A stretch of DNA of 64,000 nucleotides, taken from NCBI GenBank assembly GCA_947169105.1, contig CAMVOL010000009.1, positions 11,095-75,094 on the forward strand, written 5' to 3'. The translations under genes were made by a program, and so were the position numbers. The DNA comes from an uncultured Bacteroidales bacterium. Lineage in GTDB: Bacteria > Bacteroidota > Bacteroidia > Bacteroidales > WCHB1-69. Of this stretch, positions 9,089-18,554 are shown piece after piece. The notes under the pieces are model-generated. The model ran no database searches. It worked only from the letters and a program-made list of their open reading frames with translations, and had not been told where the DNA came from. Numbering within the stretch: position 1 is the first letter of the stretch; every line of letters begins with the position of its first letter.

Positions 9089-9132
9089 AAGTCTAAAGTT
9101 TAAAGTTTAGAGTTAAGGAGTTAAGAAGTTAA
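9082..9132. repeat. C-poor short-period AAGTT repeat tract between convergent genes
   Basis: aagttaaaagtctaaagtttaaagtttagagttaaggagttaagaagttaat shows a 7-8-bp periodicity of an AGTT core with almost no C on the + strand. Confidence 0.6.
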
Positions 9133-9151
9133 TGGGTAACACCCAAAGCCC

Positions 9152-9586
9152 CTACTTCAGAATCTCCTTCACTTTCCGTTTGTCGCGGGTGATGAACGCG
9201 CCCGGATATTGTGCTTGTAGCTCATGGAACATCCCGTATGCCTCCTGTTTGGTGCTGAAGTTGCCCACTCGTACTTTGTGGTTAGGCGCATCGAAAACAC
9301 TATAGGCCTGTGCATTAATGCCGCGGCTACGGTAATGTGCATTCAATTCATTGACAATGCTTTGGGCTTTCGCTCCAGAGCTTTCACCTGAAAACGAACC
9401 CAATTGAATGCAATAAATGTTCACTTTTTCCACTTTTTCCCACGCCTCCGAATGAAGACGGGAGGCCGCCTGCACCGACGGTTCAATGTCGTACGTAATG
9501 TTCTGCGCTGAAACGCCCGTGGAAATTCCAACCAATAAGAGGAAGCATCCGGTTATTTTAGGAAAAAGCAAAAACAGTTGTTTCAT
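9152..9586 (-). CDS. SPOR domain-containing protein
   Basis: 144 aa with a signal peptide and a C-terminal SPOR-like repeat (IYCIQLGSFSGESSGAKAQ...VRVGNFSTKQEAYGMFHELQ). Confidence 0.75.
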   Translation of the reverse strand: MKQLFLLFPKITGCFLLLVGISTGVSAQNITYDIEPSVQAASRLHSEAWEKVEKVNIYCIQLGSFSGESSGAKAQSIVNELNAHYRSRGINAQAYSVFDAPNHKVRVGNFSTKQEAYGMFHELQAQYPGAFITRDKRKVKEILK

Positions 9587-9592
9587 AGTTCG

Positions 9593-11644
9593 TTAGTGTT
9601 TCTGTTTGAAGGCTGTTACGCCGTTTTCCAAGAATTGCAGGTACTTGTCAATATCCAATTCGTAATATTGCGGGCCCGCCAGAACGGAACCGTCGGTATC
9701 CACGATGAAATAGCAAGGTTGTGAATTGCACTGGTATTTGTGCAGCCCAATGTAGGTGTTTTTTTCGCCTAACATCTTGAGAACATTGCCGTTCTCGTCC
9801 GTGAGATAGTCGCTTTCCTGTAGCTCGATGTTTTTGTCGTCAACATAGAGCGCCACCACGACAAACGATTCGGCGAATTTTTTGCGCACCCGCGGATCGC
9901 TCCACACTTTGTTCTCAACAATGCGGCAGTTGGTGCATCCGTGACCGGTAAAGTCGATAAATACGGGCTTGTTCTGTTTCTGCGCCACCTGCAGAGCCTG
10001 GTCATAGTCGAAATAACCTTTGATTCCGAAGGGCAGTTTCAATTTATCTGCGTAATGCGGGCTTTCAATGTTGCTGTTTTGTGCTGTTCCTGAAAGGGAA
10101 ATGCTCTCCAATTCTTCACGGACAATATCCTGAATCACAAAATCTTGCGTCTCAACTGGCGGCAGCCAGCCCGAAATGGCATTCAGTGGAGCACCCCACA
10201 TCCCGGGGATCATATAGACAACGAAGGTGAAGGTGAAGATGGCGGCAATGAACCGGACGGGACTTTTTTGCACCGGAAATTCGTCATCGGCAGGGAAGCG
10301 GATTTTGCCGAGGAGGTAAAATCCAAGCAGAGAAAAGATCACAATCCAGAAGGCGAGATAAACCTCACGGTCAAGAAGGCCCCAGTGGTAGGTCTGGTCG
10401 GGAACGTTGAGGAACTTCAAAGCGAAAGCCAATTCGATGAAAGCGAGGATCACCTTGAGGGTGTTCATCCAGCCGCCCGATTTAGGCATCTTACCTAACA
10501 GACTGGGAAACAATGCGAAAAGGGTAAACGGAACGGCGATACCGAGGGAGAATCCCAGCATGCCGATAATCGGTTTCAAGAAAGAGCCGCCCGCCGCGTT
10601 CAACGCCACCGCACCGGCGATTGGCAGGGTGCAGGAGAAAGAGACCAGCACCAAAGTCAGCGCCATAAAGAAGGTACCGACCAAGCCGCCTCTCTGCTCA
10701 TTTTTGGCAGACTTGTTTACCCAGCTGCTCGGCAGGGTGATTTCGAAATAGCCGAACAACGATATGGCAAAGATAATGAAGATGATGGCGAACAAGACGT
10801 TTGGAATCCAGTGCGTGCTAAGGATATTGGCAAAATCGGGACCAAATATTGCTGCCAGAATTATGCCGAACAGAACAAAAATCACCACGATGGAAAGGCC
10901 ATAGAAGAGGGCTTCCATCTTGCCTTTTTTACCTTTTTTGAGGAAGAAGGAAACGGTCATCGGAATCATCGGGAAGACGCAGGGCATCAGCAGGCCGATG
11001 AGGCCGCCGCCGATGGAGGTGAGGAAAAATATCCACAGGGACTCCTCTTTCTTTTCGGAAGGTTCTGCGGTTTCCGGCTGTGGCTGAATGACCGCAGTGG
11101 TTGGTGCGGGCTCTCCCGCCACTTCCGCAGGTTCGCCCTCTTCGCTGGCAGGTTCGTCTTCGGCGGCGGCCTCCGCCGTTGCATCGGAGCCGTTGGTGGC
11201 GGGTACGGAAAAGACGAATTTATCCTGCACCTGCGTACAACGCCCGTCTATGCAGGCTTGTCCCGACAAGCTCCCCTTGATTGTAAATGACTTATCAGGA
11301 GTTTTAATCTTGATTTTCTGTTTGAACGTCACCTGTGTGGTGAAGTACTTGGAGTACATTTGGAACATCGAATCGTACGACACTTTCGGTTTGGGCTCGA
11401 TAGTCTTGCCAATGGTCTCATAATTGGCTGACGGCGTTAACTTGATTTCCAACGGCAGCTCCATACCATCGTGCTGAATGGCATATAAATGCCAGTCTTT
11501 CTGAATGGTGGCTTTGAGAAGAAGCTCCGCTTCCGTGTCCGAAATTCGATTGACATCATACTTCCATTTCACCGGAGATTCAACCTGGGCAAAAGAAATT
11601 AAGAAGCTGATACAAAGAAAAATAGCGGCGAAAAGTTTTTTCAT
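9593..11644 (-). CDS. dsbD: Thiol:disulfide interchange protein DsbD family (N-terminal domain + cytochrome-c-biogenesis TM core + thioredoxin domain)
   Basis: Start chosen at MKKLFAAIFLCISF (ATG 11644), although the ORF extends to 11737. It has a multi-TM DsbD core, an Ala/Glu/Pro-rich linker and a C-terminal thioredoxin CxxC (FTGHGCTNCRIVE). Confidence 0.85.
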   Translation of the reverse strand: MKKLFAAIFLCISFLISFAQVESPVKWKYDVNRISDTEAELLLKATIQKDWHLYAIQHDGMELPLEIKLTPSANYETIGKTIEPKPKVSYDSMFQMYSKYFTTQVTFKQKIKIKTPDKSFTIKGSLSGQACIDGRCTQVQDKFVFSVPATNGSDATAEAAAEDEPASEEGEPAEVAGEPAPTTAVIQPQPETAEPSEKKEESLWIFFLTSIGGGLIGLLMPCVFPMIPMTVSFFLKKGKKGKMEALFYGLSIVVIFVLFGIILAAIFGPDFANILSTHWIPNVLFAIIFIIFAISLFGYFEITLPSSWVNKSAKNEQRGGLVGTFFMALTLVLVSFSCTLPIAGAVALNAAGGSFLKPIIGMLGFSLGIAVPFTLFALFPSLLGKMPKSGGWMNTLKVILAFIELAFALKFLNVPDQTYHWGLLDREVYLAFWIVIFSLLGFYLLGKIRFPADDEFPVQKSPVRFIAAIFTFTFVVYMIPGMWGAPLNAISGWLPPVETQDFVIQDIVREELESISLSGTAQNSNIESPHYADKLKLPFGIKGYFDYDQALQVAQKQNKPVFIDFTGHGCTNCRIVENKVWSDPRVRKKFAESFVVVALYVDDKNIELQESDYLTDENGNVLKMLGEKNTYIGLHKYQCNSQPCYFIVDTDGSVLAGPQYYELDIDKYLQFLENGVTAFKQKH

Positions 11645-11677
11645 CACAATTCGATGGATTTGTGTAACAATGGGCGG

Positions 11678-11685
11678 CAAAAATA
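11678..11685 (-). promoter_or_regulatory. -7 promoter box (TATTTTTG) for dsbD
   Basis: The minus strand reads acTATTTTTGCCGCCC about 34 nt upstream of ATG 11644. Confidence 0.5.
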
Positions 11686-11698
11686 GTAAAAATAAACG

Positions 11699-11706
11699 TA
11701 TTTTTG
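11699..11706 (+). promoter_or_regulatory. -7 promoter box (TATTTTTG) for rfbA
   Basis: cgTATTTTTGCACCCC lies 46 nt upstream of ATG 11752. Confidence 0.5.
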
Positions 11707-11751
11707 CACCCCATATAATATTGTATAGATTTATCAACTAAAAACACGAAT

Positions 11752-12612
11752 ATGAAAGGAATCATTTTGGCCGGCGGATCCGGCACACGGCTTCACCCCT
11801 TGACCTTGGCCATGAGCAAACAGCTAATGCCGATTTACAACAAACCGATGATTTACTATCCGCTTTCCACGCTGCTTTCGGCGGGGATTCGCGATATCCT
11901 CATCATTTCCACCCCTACCGATCTTCCTCATTTTGAACGCCTTCTCGGTGATGGCAGCCGCATCGGGTGCCATTTCGAGTATGTGGTACAGCATGTGCCG
12001 AACGGTCTGGCGCAGGCGTTTGTCCTTGGTGCTGACTTCATCGGCAAAGATAAAGCAGCTTTGGTCTTGGGTGATAACATCTTCTATGGCAGTTCGTTTG
12101 AGCACAATCTGCACCTCAACAACGACCCCGACGGCGGCATTGTCTTTGCCTACCACGTTTCCGACCCCGAACGGTACGGTGTGGTGGAGTTCGATGAAAA
12201 CATGAACGCCGTCTCCATTGAGGAGAAGCCGAAACAGCCCAAGTCGAACTATGCTGTGCCGGGACTCTACTTCTACGACAACTCCGTGGTGGAAGTGGCT
12301 CGCAACATCAAACCAAGTGCCCGTGGCGAGTACGAAATTACCGATGTAAACAAATACTATTTGGAACATAAGAAGTTGAAAGTCTGTAAGATAGATAGAG
12401 GTACGGCATGGCTTGACACCGGCACGTTCCGCTCCCTTATTGAAGCCACCCAATTCGTTCAAGTGGTGGAGGAACGTCAGGGGCTGATGGTCGGTTGTAT
12501 TGAAGAAATCGCTTATAAACAAGGTTTTATTGATGCCGAACAACTCCTCCGAATTGCCGAGCCACTCCGTAAAAGCGGCTATGGCGAATATTTGGTGAAA
12601 TTGGTGAAATAG
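11752..12612 (+). CDS. rfbA: Glucose-1-phosphate thymidylyltransferase
   Basis: 286 aa beginning [18 protein letters not shown], followed by [10 protein letters not shown]-like, LGDNIFYG and EITDVN motifs. Confidence 0.92.
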   Translation: MKGIILAGGSGTRLHPLTLAMSKQLMPIYNKPMIYYPLSTLLSAGIRDILIISTPTDLPHFERLLGDGSRIGCHFEYVVQHVPNGLAQAFVLGADFIGKDKAALVLGDNIFYGSSFEHNLHLNNDPDGGIVFAYHVSDPERYGVVEFDENMNAVSIEEKPKQPKSNYAVPGLYFYDNSVVEVARNIKPSARGEYEITDVNKYYLEHKKLKVCKIDRGTAWLDTGTFRSLIEATQFVQVVEERQGLMVGCIEEIAYKQGFIDAEQLLRIAEPLRKSGYGEYLVKLVK

Positions 12613-12641
12613 CTCCTATCTCAATCTAATAAATGATTTTT

Positions 12642-14861
12642 ATGAAGAAAATCCTACTCGCTTTTGTGGTGCTTTTTTCGGGCGTCACTCTTTTCGGACA
12701 AACAGAATTAATTGATTTACAGGGTGTTTTCAAAGGAAAATACCGTTATGACCGTCTTCCGTCCTTGCAATGGCGGCCCGCGGGTAACCAATATTCCTAT
12801 TATGATAAGGAAAAGGATGCGGTAATTGGTGTGGATTTTGCCAAAGGAAAAGAAGCGGAACTGTTCAGGTTCCAGCAATTTTATGACTATTTTGCAAAAG
12901 TCAATGGTCAAAAGAATCTTGATGCTGCCAGTTTCCGGTCACAAGGTGGACGAGTTTCAACTGCTTTTTCTTGGAAAGATGACCAAACCCTCATTTTTGA
13001 TTTTGTAAACCCTTCTGATAAAAACACTTACCACGCGACGTATAGTTTTGCCACCAAAAGTTTCCAAATAGCACTGGCTAATGGTGAAACAGAAACCCCT
13101 GTGGATGAATCCACTGACGGCCTCATCCGCATCTCCAATTTTGAAGGTGAAGAAGGCTATTTCGTGACAAATGGAAAGGAACATTACCTCCTCTGTCCAG
13201 ACACAGGTGAGCATATTGTCTTCGGCGAGCCCGTCCACCGCAGCGAATGGAACATCAACGAGGGCTGGTACTTCTCCCCGAACAGCGGTTACATCGCCTT
13301 CTACCGTATGGACGAGTCGATGGTCGAAGACTACCCGCTTCTCCAGACGAGCGACGGTGATGGTGCTGCCCACATTGCCTATTTCAAAAACATAAAATAT
13401 CCGATGGCCGGACGCACTAGCCATCAGGTGAAAGTCGGCATTTTTGATATAGCGCAATCGTTCCAACAGAAAAAAACGGTTTATCATTACATCCAAACGG
13501 ATTTGAGAGATGGGGAATTCTTGACGAACGTAACCTTTTCGCCTGATGAGAAATATTTGTATATCACGCACTTGAACCGTGAACAGAACCATTCCAAACT
13601 GATTCGGTACGATGTGGCTACTGGGAAGAAAATTGGCACAGTACTCGAAGAAAGGGACGATCGTTTTGTGGAACCGCAAACCCGTATGATTTTCCTGAAG
13701 GACGGCCGTTTCATCTGGCAGAGCGACCGCGACGGCTGGAATCATTTTTATCTCTACCAGTTTGATGGAACATTGGTAAAGCAAATCACCAAAGGTAACT
13801 GGCCCGTACTCGAATCCTTGGGGCTCGACGAAAAAGAGGAATTCCTCTATTTTATGACCAACAAGGACAATCCCGTTGATCACTACCTCTATTCGGTGAA
13901 TTTGAAAACGGGTGATTTAAAGCAGCTTACAAAACAATCGGGAACACATACCATTGTTCTTTCCAATGATAAAAAGTACTTTTTGGACTACTTTTCGAGC
14001 CTTCATGTGCCGTTCCAGATTTACGCGGGTAGCACAGATGGAAAAACCTACAAGAAGATTTTTGAATCGAAAAATCCTTACGGGAATCTGAAATTGGGTA
14101 CGGATACGATTTTTTCTCTGAAAAATTCGCACGGCGACGACCTCTATTGCGAGATGATCCTTCCGCCTGATTTCAACCAAAACAAGAAGTATCCTTGCTT
14201 GGTTTATGTTTACGGAGGTCCTCATTCACAGTTGGTTACGAATACTTTTATGACGGCTGGCGTGTTTTTGAACTATATGGCGCAAAAGGGGTATGTGATT
14301 TTCGTGATGGATAACCGTGGGACGAACAACCGTGGCGCCGAATTTGAGAAGTGCATCCACCGCCAGCTGGGCGTTTGCGAAAGCGAGGACCAGATGGTGG
14401 GCATCCGCTACCTCCAGTCGTTGCCCTATATTGACAAGGAGCGGATGGGCATTGACGGTTGGAGCTTCGGCGGCTTCATGACTTTGACGATGGTGACGGA
14501 GCATCCGGAAGTGTTCCGCTCGGCATCGTGCGGCGGCCCCGTCGTAAATTGGGAGTGGTACGAAATTATGTACGGGGAACGCTATATGGACACCCCGCAG
14601 GAAAATCCCGATGGTTACGCAAAGGCTTGTATCATTCCGAAAATCAAGAACTTGAAGTGCCCCTTGCTGATTATGCACGGCCAGCAGGACAACACCGTCG
14701 TACAGCAGCACAGTTTGGAATTGCTCCACCAGTCGGTGCTGGACGATGTGCAGATCCAGTACTTCCCTTACACCACCCACGAGCATAATGTGCGGGGGCT
14801 CGATCGTGTGCAGATGTGGCACAAGATAGAACAGTTCCACGATCAGTATTTGATGAAATAA
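12642..14861 (+). CDS. Dipeptidyl-peptidase IV (S9B family serine peptidase)
   Basis: Signal peptide from ATG 12642 (there is an in-frame ATG at 12633). It has an N-terminal DPP-IV beta-propeller region and a C-terminal S9 catalytic domain with GWSFGGFMT nucleophile elbow and LLIMHGQQDNTV. Confidence 0.88.
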   Translation: MKKILLAFVVLFSGVTLFGQTELIDLQGVFKGKYRYDRLPSLQWRPAGNQYSYYDKEKDAVIGVDFAKGKEAELFRFQQFYDYFAKVNGQKNLDAASFRSQGGRVSTAFSWKDDQTLIFDFVNPSDKNTYHATYSFATKSFQIALANGETETPVDESTDGLIRISNFEGEEGYFVTNGKEHYLLCPDTGEHIVFGEPVHRSEWNINEGWYFSPNSGYIAFYRMDESMVEDYPLLQTSDGDGAAHIAYFKNIKYPMAGRTSHQVKVGIFDIAQSFQQKKTVYHYIQTDLRDGEFLTNVTFSPDEKYLYITHLNREQNHSKLIRYDVATGKKIGTVLEERDDRFVEPQTRMIFLKDGRFIWQSDRDGWNHFYLYQFDGTLVKQITKGNWPVLESLGLDEKEEFLYFMTNKDNPVDHYLYSVNLKTGDLKQLTKQSGTHTIVLSNDKKYFLDYFSSLHVPFQIYAGSTDGKTYKKIFESKNPYGNLKLGTDTIFSLKNSHGDDLYCEMILPPDFNQNKKYPCLVYVYGGPHSQLVTNTFMTAGVFLNYMAQKGYVIFVMDNRGTNNRGAEFEKCIHRQLGVCESEDQMVGIRYLQSLPYIDKERMGIDGWSFGGFMTLTMVTEHPEVFRSASCGGPVVNWEWYEIMYGERYMDTPQENPDGYAKACIIPKIKNLKCPLLIMHGQQDNTVVQQHSLELLHQSVLDDVQIQYFPYTTHEHNVRGLDRVQMWHKIEQFHDQYLMK

Positions 14862-14897
14862 TGCAATTTTTTGGCATAATAACAAATAAGTACTTTT

Positions 14898-15794
14898 ATG
14901 AATCAAGCGGCATTTAATCGGTACATTTGGTTGATTGATACCATTTATAAAGCTGAAAAAGAAGGTATTACATACGAAAATATCGTCCAAAAATGGAATG
15001 AGAGCAACCTTTCCAACGGGCGTCCTTATCCGGTGAGAACCTTCCATAACCATCGGAAAGAAATCAAAAGCGTATTCAATATTGACATTAAGTGCAAGAA
15101 GAGCAGCAACAGTTACTACATCGCGGACACGGGTGTGGCGAACAGCAATATGCAGAAACTATTGGAGTTGGTGGCGGTGAACCAGCTGCTGGACGGAAGC
15201 CCCGAATTGGTGGTGCACTTGAGGGCGGAATTGCGTCCAGGCGGCGAATGTTACCTTGCCAAATTGATGCAAGCGATTTCCCAAAAGCGCCTGCTGAAGC
15301 TGGAATACAAGCCCTATTGGTCGGAAAAAATGCTGAAGTATCCGTTCTTTGCCCCATACGCCATCAAGGAGTTCAAGGGCAGCTGGTACTTGCTCGGACA
15401 ACGCGGCACCAGTACGATTGAACTGGTTGATTTGAAAAAAGTTACCTCTGTCAGCATGCTGAATGATACCTTCGTGATGCCTTCAAACGAGGAGATTTTG
15501 CGTCTTTTAAATGAAAATTACGGAAGTGTAGTTGAAAATATTGAAACAGAGGAGATTATGGTTAAAGTCGGGGCGCAAATTGCAGCCTACTTGCGTAATT
15601 TTCCCTTGCATACCTCACAACGGGAAATCGAGCGCAAACGCGGCTATGCCGTTTTCTACTATTGCCTGAAACCCAATTCCGATTTCCGTCGCGAACTTCT
15701 CTCTTTTGGCACCGGTGTTGAGGTGGTGGCGCCGCAACATCTTCGTGCCGAATTGTCAACGGACGCTAAGACCATTGCGAAGAAAAATTCATAG
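14898..15794 (+). CDS. WYL domain-containing putative transcriptional regulator
   Basis: 298 aa with an N-terminal wHTH-like segment (RYIWLIDTIYKAEKEGITYENI) and a central KEFKGSWYLLGQ WYL motif. Confidence 0.7.
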   Translation: MNQAAFNRYIWLIDTIYKAEKEGITYENIVQKWNESNLSNGRPYPVRTFHNHRKEIKSVFNIDIKCKKSSNSYYIADTGVANSNMQKLLELVAVNQLLDGSPELVVHLRAELRPGGECYLAKLMQAISQKRLLKLEYKPYWSEKMLKYPFFAPYAIKEFKGSWYLLGQRGTSTIELVDLKKVTSVSMLNDTFVMPSNEEILRLLNENYGSVVENIETEEIMVKVGAQIAAYLRNFPLHTSQREIERKRGYAVFYYCLKPNSDFRRELLSFGTGVEVVAPQHLRAELSTDAKTIAKKNS

Positions 15795-15809
15795 CTTATT
15801 TATCATAAA

Positions 15810-16925
15810 ATGAGAAATATAGCTATCATCGGGGCAGGGGCTGCCGGACTATTTGCCGCAGAAATGTTTTCAGCGGATAACCATCTGACCATTACCGTTT
15901 TTGAAAAAGCACAAAAGGTGGGTACCAAGCTCCGTGCTTCGGGCGGTGGTCGAGCCAATCTGATGAATACTCAAATAGACGGTGCTTGCTATAACCATCC
16001 GGATTTTATCAATAATCTTTTGAAATCCGTTGATTACAAGGTGATTAAAAACGAGTTTGAAAAGATGGGGCTGCGCCTTACTGCTGATGAGGAAGGGCGG
16101 GTGTATCCTGGCACTCTTTTTTCACAGACCGTCATCGATGTCCTTTTGCATAATTTGGGCGAAAAGGTGCAGATTATCACCGATTTTGAGGTGAAAAAGT
16201 TGCAGAATTCCAATGGCAAATGGCGGGTTAACGAGGAAAAGGTACTATATGATGACATTCTGTTGGCTTCGGGGTCTCCTGCGGGGATGATTGCTAAAAA
16301 TCGGCAGAGTTATAATAGTTATCTGTCAGATTTAAAATTAGTTGAAACAGAACAGGTACCCTCATTAGTTGGATTTAAGTTGAAAAAATACCCGAAAGAG
16401 TTGTCGGGTTGTCGTGCCCGCGCCGCTGTCACGTTACTACAGGATGGAAACGCCGTTTTTACGGAAATCGGCGAGGTGATGTTTAAAGATGACGGCATCT
16501 CCGGAATCGTCGTGCTGAATGTGTCAGCTCATTACAACCGTCTGAAAACCAAGGAGAATTGTTCGTTATCCTTGAATTTCCTTTACGATGATGAGACATT
16601 TGATGTTAAAGGGTATTTGAAGAAATTTGGTGATTTGTCGGGACTTCTTCATCCAAAATTAAACCGTTTTTATCAGAAAAATCCTTTTAATTTACGGAAT
16701 TTTCAAATGGAAATTGCCGGATTATATGATATGGAGTTTGCCCAAGTCTGTCATGGCGGAATTTCCCTGGATGAGGTGGATGACAAGTTTGCCTTGCGCC
16801 GTTATCCGAATCTTTATGCAGTAGGGGAACTGCTTGATATAGACGGAGTTTGTGGCGGATATAATCTCTTTTTTGCTTTTGCCAGCGCCTATCGGGCGAC
16901 TAAGGCGATTTTGGGAAATAGTTAA
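15810..16925 (+). CDS. HI0933/BaiN-like FAD-binding flavoprotein
   Basis: 371 aa with N-terminal IAIIGAGAAGLFAA dinucleotide-binding motif, SGGGRANLMN and C-terminal GELLDIDGVCGGYNLFFAFASA, typical of the HI0933 family. Confidence 0.8.
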   Translation: MRNIAIIGAGAAGLFAAEMFSADNHLTITVFEKAQKVGTKLRASGGGRANLMNTQIDGACYNHPDFINNLLKSVDYKVIKNEFEKMGLRLTADEEGRVYPGTLFSQTVIDVLLHNLGEKVQIITDFEVKKLQNSNGKWRVNEEKVLYDDILLASGSPAGMIAKNRQSYNSYLSDLKLVETEQVPSLVGFKLKKYPKELSGCRARAAVTLLQDGNAVFTEIGEVMFKDDGISGIVVLNVSAHYNRLKTKENCSLSLNFLYDDETFDVKGYLKKFGDLSGLLHPKLNRFYQKNPFNLRNFQMEIAGLYDMEFAQVCHGGISLDEVDDKFALRRYPNLYAVGELLDIDGVCGGYNLFFAFASAYRATKAILGNS

Positions 16926-16937
16926 TATTGGGAGTAG

Positions 16938-18524
16938 ATGAAGGACTTTCAGATAGCAAATATCCGTGTATCCGTTACTGTGCCAGTGGAATCGTTGAAG
17001 CCACTGGTTTTGAGGAAGTTCCGTATCAAGGAAGAGGAAGTCGAATTGTTTCGGATCCTCCGTTCGTCAGTGGATGCGCGGAAGAGGAATGACGTGGTTT
17101 ATGACTACCGTGTCCGGGTGGTGCTTAAGGTCGCCCGCCCCGACCTCTGCGGGCATCCCGACATCACGCCTTACACGCCGCCCGCCCCGATGACTTACGG
17201 TGAATGGCGGTTTCCCGAACCACCTGTCATTGTCGGCTTCGGACCTGCCGGTATGTTTGCTGCCCTCTACCTCGCCCGCTGCGGAGCTAAGCCCATCGTG
17301 ATTGAACGCGGCGGCAAGGTGGAGGACCGTCGGCGCGATGTCGATAACTTTTTGAAAACAAGAATTTTAAATCCCGACTCCAACATCCAGTTTGGAGAGG
17401 GCGGCGCTGGCACCTTCTCCGACGGAAAACTGACAACCAACCTCCATAACGAATGGATCGGCTTCGTTTTGGAAGAGTTCTACAAGCACGGGGCCACCGA
17501 AGATGTCACGTACGCCGCCAATCCGCACGTCGGAACTGACTACTTAGAGAAGGTGGTCCGTAACATCCGTGAGGAAATCATTGGGCTTGGCGGGACATTC
17601 CATTTCAACACCTGCTTCCTGAATTATGAAAAAAATCGGCAGGATAGTTTGAAAGTGGAATGTTCCAATAATTTGGTTTTCAACACAAAACATCTTTTGC
17701 TATGTATCGGGCATTCGGCTCGGGATACGATTCGTCATTTATATGCAAAGGGATTGGCGATGGAAGCCAAAGCATTTTCCATTGGGGTGCGGGTGGAACA
17801 TTTGCAGCGGAAAATTAATGCGATGCAATACGGACGTTTCGCGTCCTATTTGCCGGCAGCGTCGTACAAAGCGGCCGTCCATTTGCCTGACGGACGGGGC
17901 GTTTATACCTTCTGTATGTGTCCGGGCGGCACGGTGATGGCCTCTGCCAGCGAAAATGAAACTATCGTTACCAACGGGATGAGCGAAAAGAGCCGTTCGG
18001 GGAAAAATGCCAACAGCGCCCTTTTGGTCGGTGTGGAACCTGCTGATTTCTACAAAGATAGCCCGTTGGATGGACTTGCATTCCAAGAACAGTTCGAGCG
18101 GAAAGCTTTCGAGGTCTCCCGTGATTACCGCGCTCCGGCCAACCTGATGAAGGAGTTTCTGCAGGGCACGGTCGCCACGGCGGTGCGTAGTGTGAAGCCG
18201 TCGTACCAGCACGGCATCACCTTCTGTGACCTCAGCCGTTGCCTTCCCGATTATGTGGTACGTTCCCTGCGAGGAGCCATTCCGTTGATTGACAGACGAT
18301 TGAAAGGGTTCAATGATGCCGATGCTGTTCTGACAGGTGTGGAGACGCGCTCGTCGTCACCGGTTCGGATTTTGCGTAACGAACAGCGGGAAAGCAACAT
18401 CTCTGGCATATATCCTGTAGGGGAAGGGGCGGGCTACGCGGGGGGTATCACCTCCGCCGCCATCGACGGCCTCCGGACAGCGATGGCGATAATGACGATA
18501 GAAAAAGATTCCCCTTCTTTATAG
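16938..18524 (+). CDS. FAD-dependent oxidoreductase (COG2509-type uncharacterised dehydrogenase)
   Basis: 528 aa with VIVGFGPAGMFAALYLA Rossmann motif, GEGGAGTFSDGKL, FCMCPGG and a YPVGEGAGYAGGI C-terminal motif. Confidence 0.8.
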   Translation: MKDFQIANIRVSVTVPVESLKPLVLRKFRIKEEEVELFRILRSSVDARKRNDVVYDYRVRVVLKVARPDLCGHPDITPYTPPAPMTYGEWRFPEPPVIVGFGPAGMFAALYLARCGAKPIVIERGGKVEDRRRDVDNFLKTRILNPDSNIQFGEGGAGTFSDGKLTTNLHNEWIGFVLEEFYKHGATEDVTYAANPHVGTDYLEKVVRNIREEIIGLGGTFHFNTCFLNYEKNRQDSLKVECSNNLVFNTKHLLLCIGHSARDTIRHLYAKGLAMEAKAFSIGVRVEHLQRKINAMQYGRFASYLPAASYKAAVHLPDGRGVYTFCMCPGGTVMASASENETIVTNGMSEKSRSGKNANSALLVGVEPADFYKDSPLDGLAFQEQFERKAFEVSRDYRAPANLMKEFLQGTVATAVRSVKPSYQHGITFCDLSRCLPDYVVRSLRGAIPLIDRRLKGFNDADAVLTGVETRSSSPVRILRNEQRESNISGIYPVGEGAGYAGGITSAAIDGLRTAMAIMTIEKDSPSL

Positions 18525-18548
18525 GGTGGCCGTAGGCCGGGGTAGTAA
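18511..18548 (+). repeat. REP-like ~40-nt element, copy A
   Basis: ccccttctttatagggtggccgtaggccggggtagta. The 23-nt core ggtggccgtaggccggggtagta recurs in inverted orientation at 50572-50613. This copy overlaps the stop codon of the upstream CDS. Confidence 0.7.
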
Positions 18549-18554
18549 AAGATA

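Noticed and set aside
11040-11200. Ala/Glu/Pro-rich low-complexity coding tract. Similar tracts occur at 29200-29340 and 34330-34560.
   Set aside because: These are interdomain linkers inside DsbD, the amidase and the DUF1566-barrel protein. They are neither separate features nor nucleotide-level tandem repeats.
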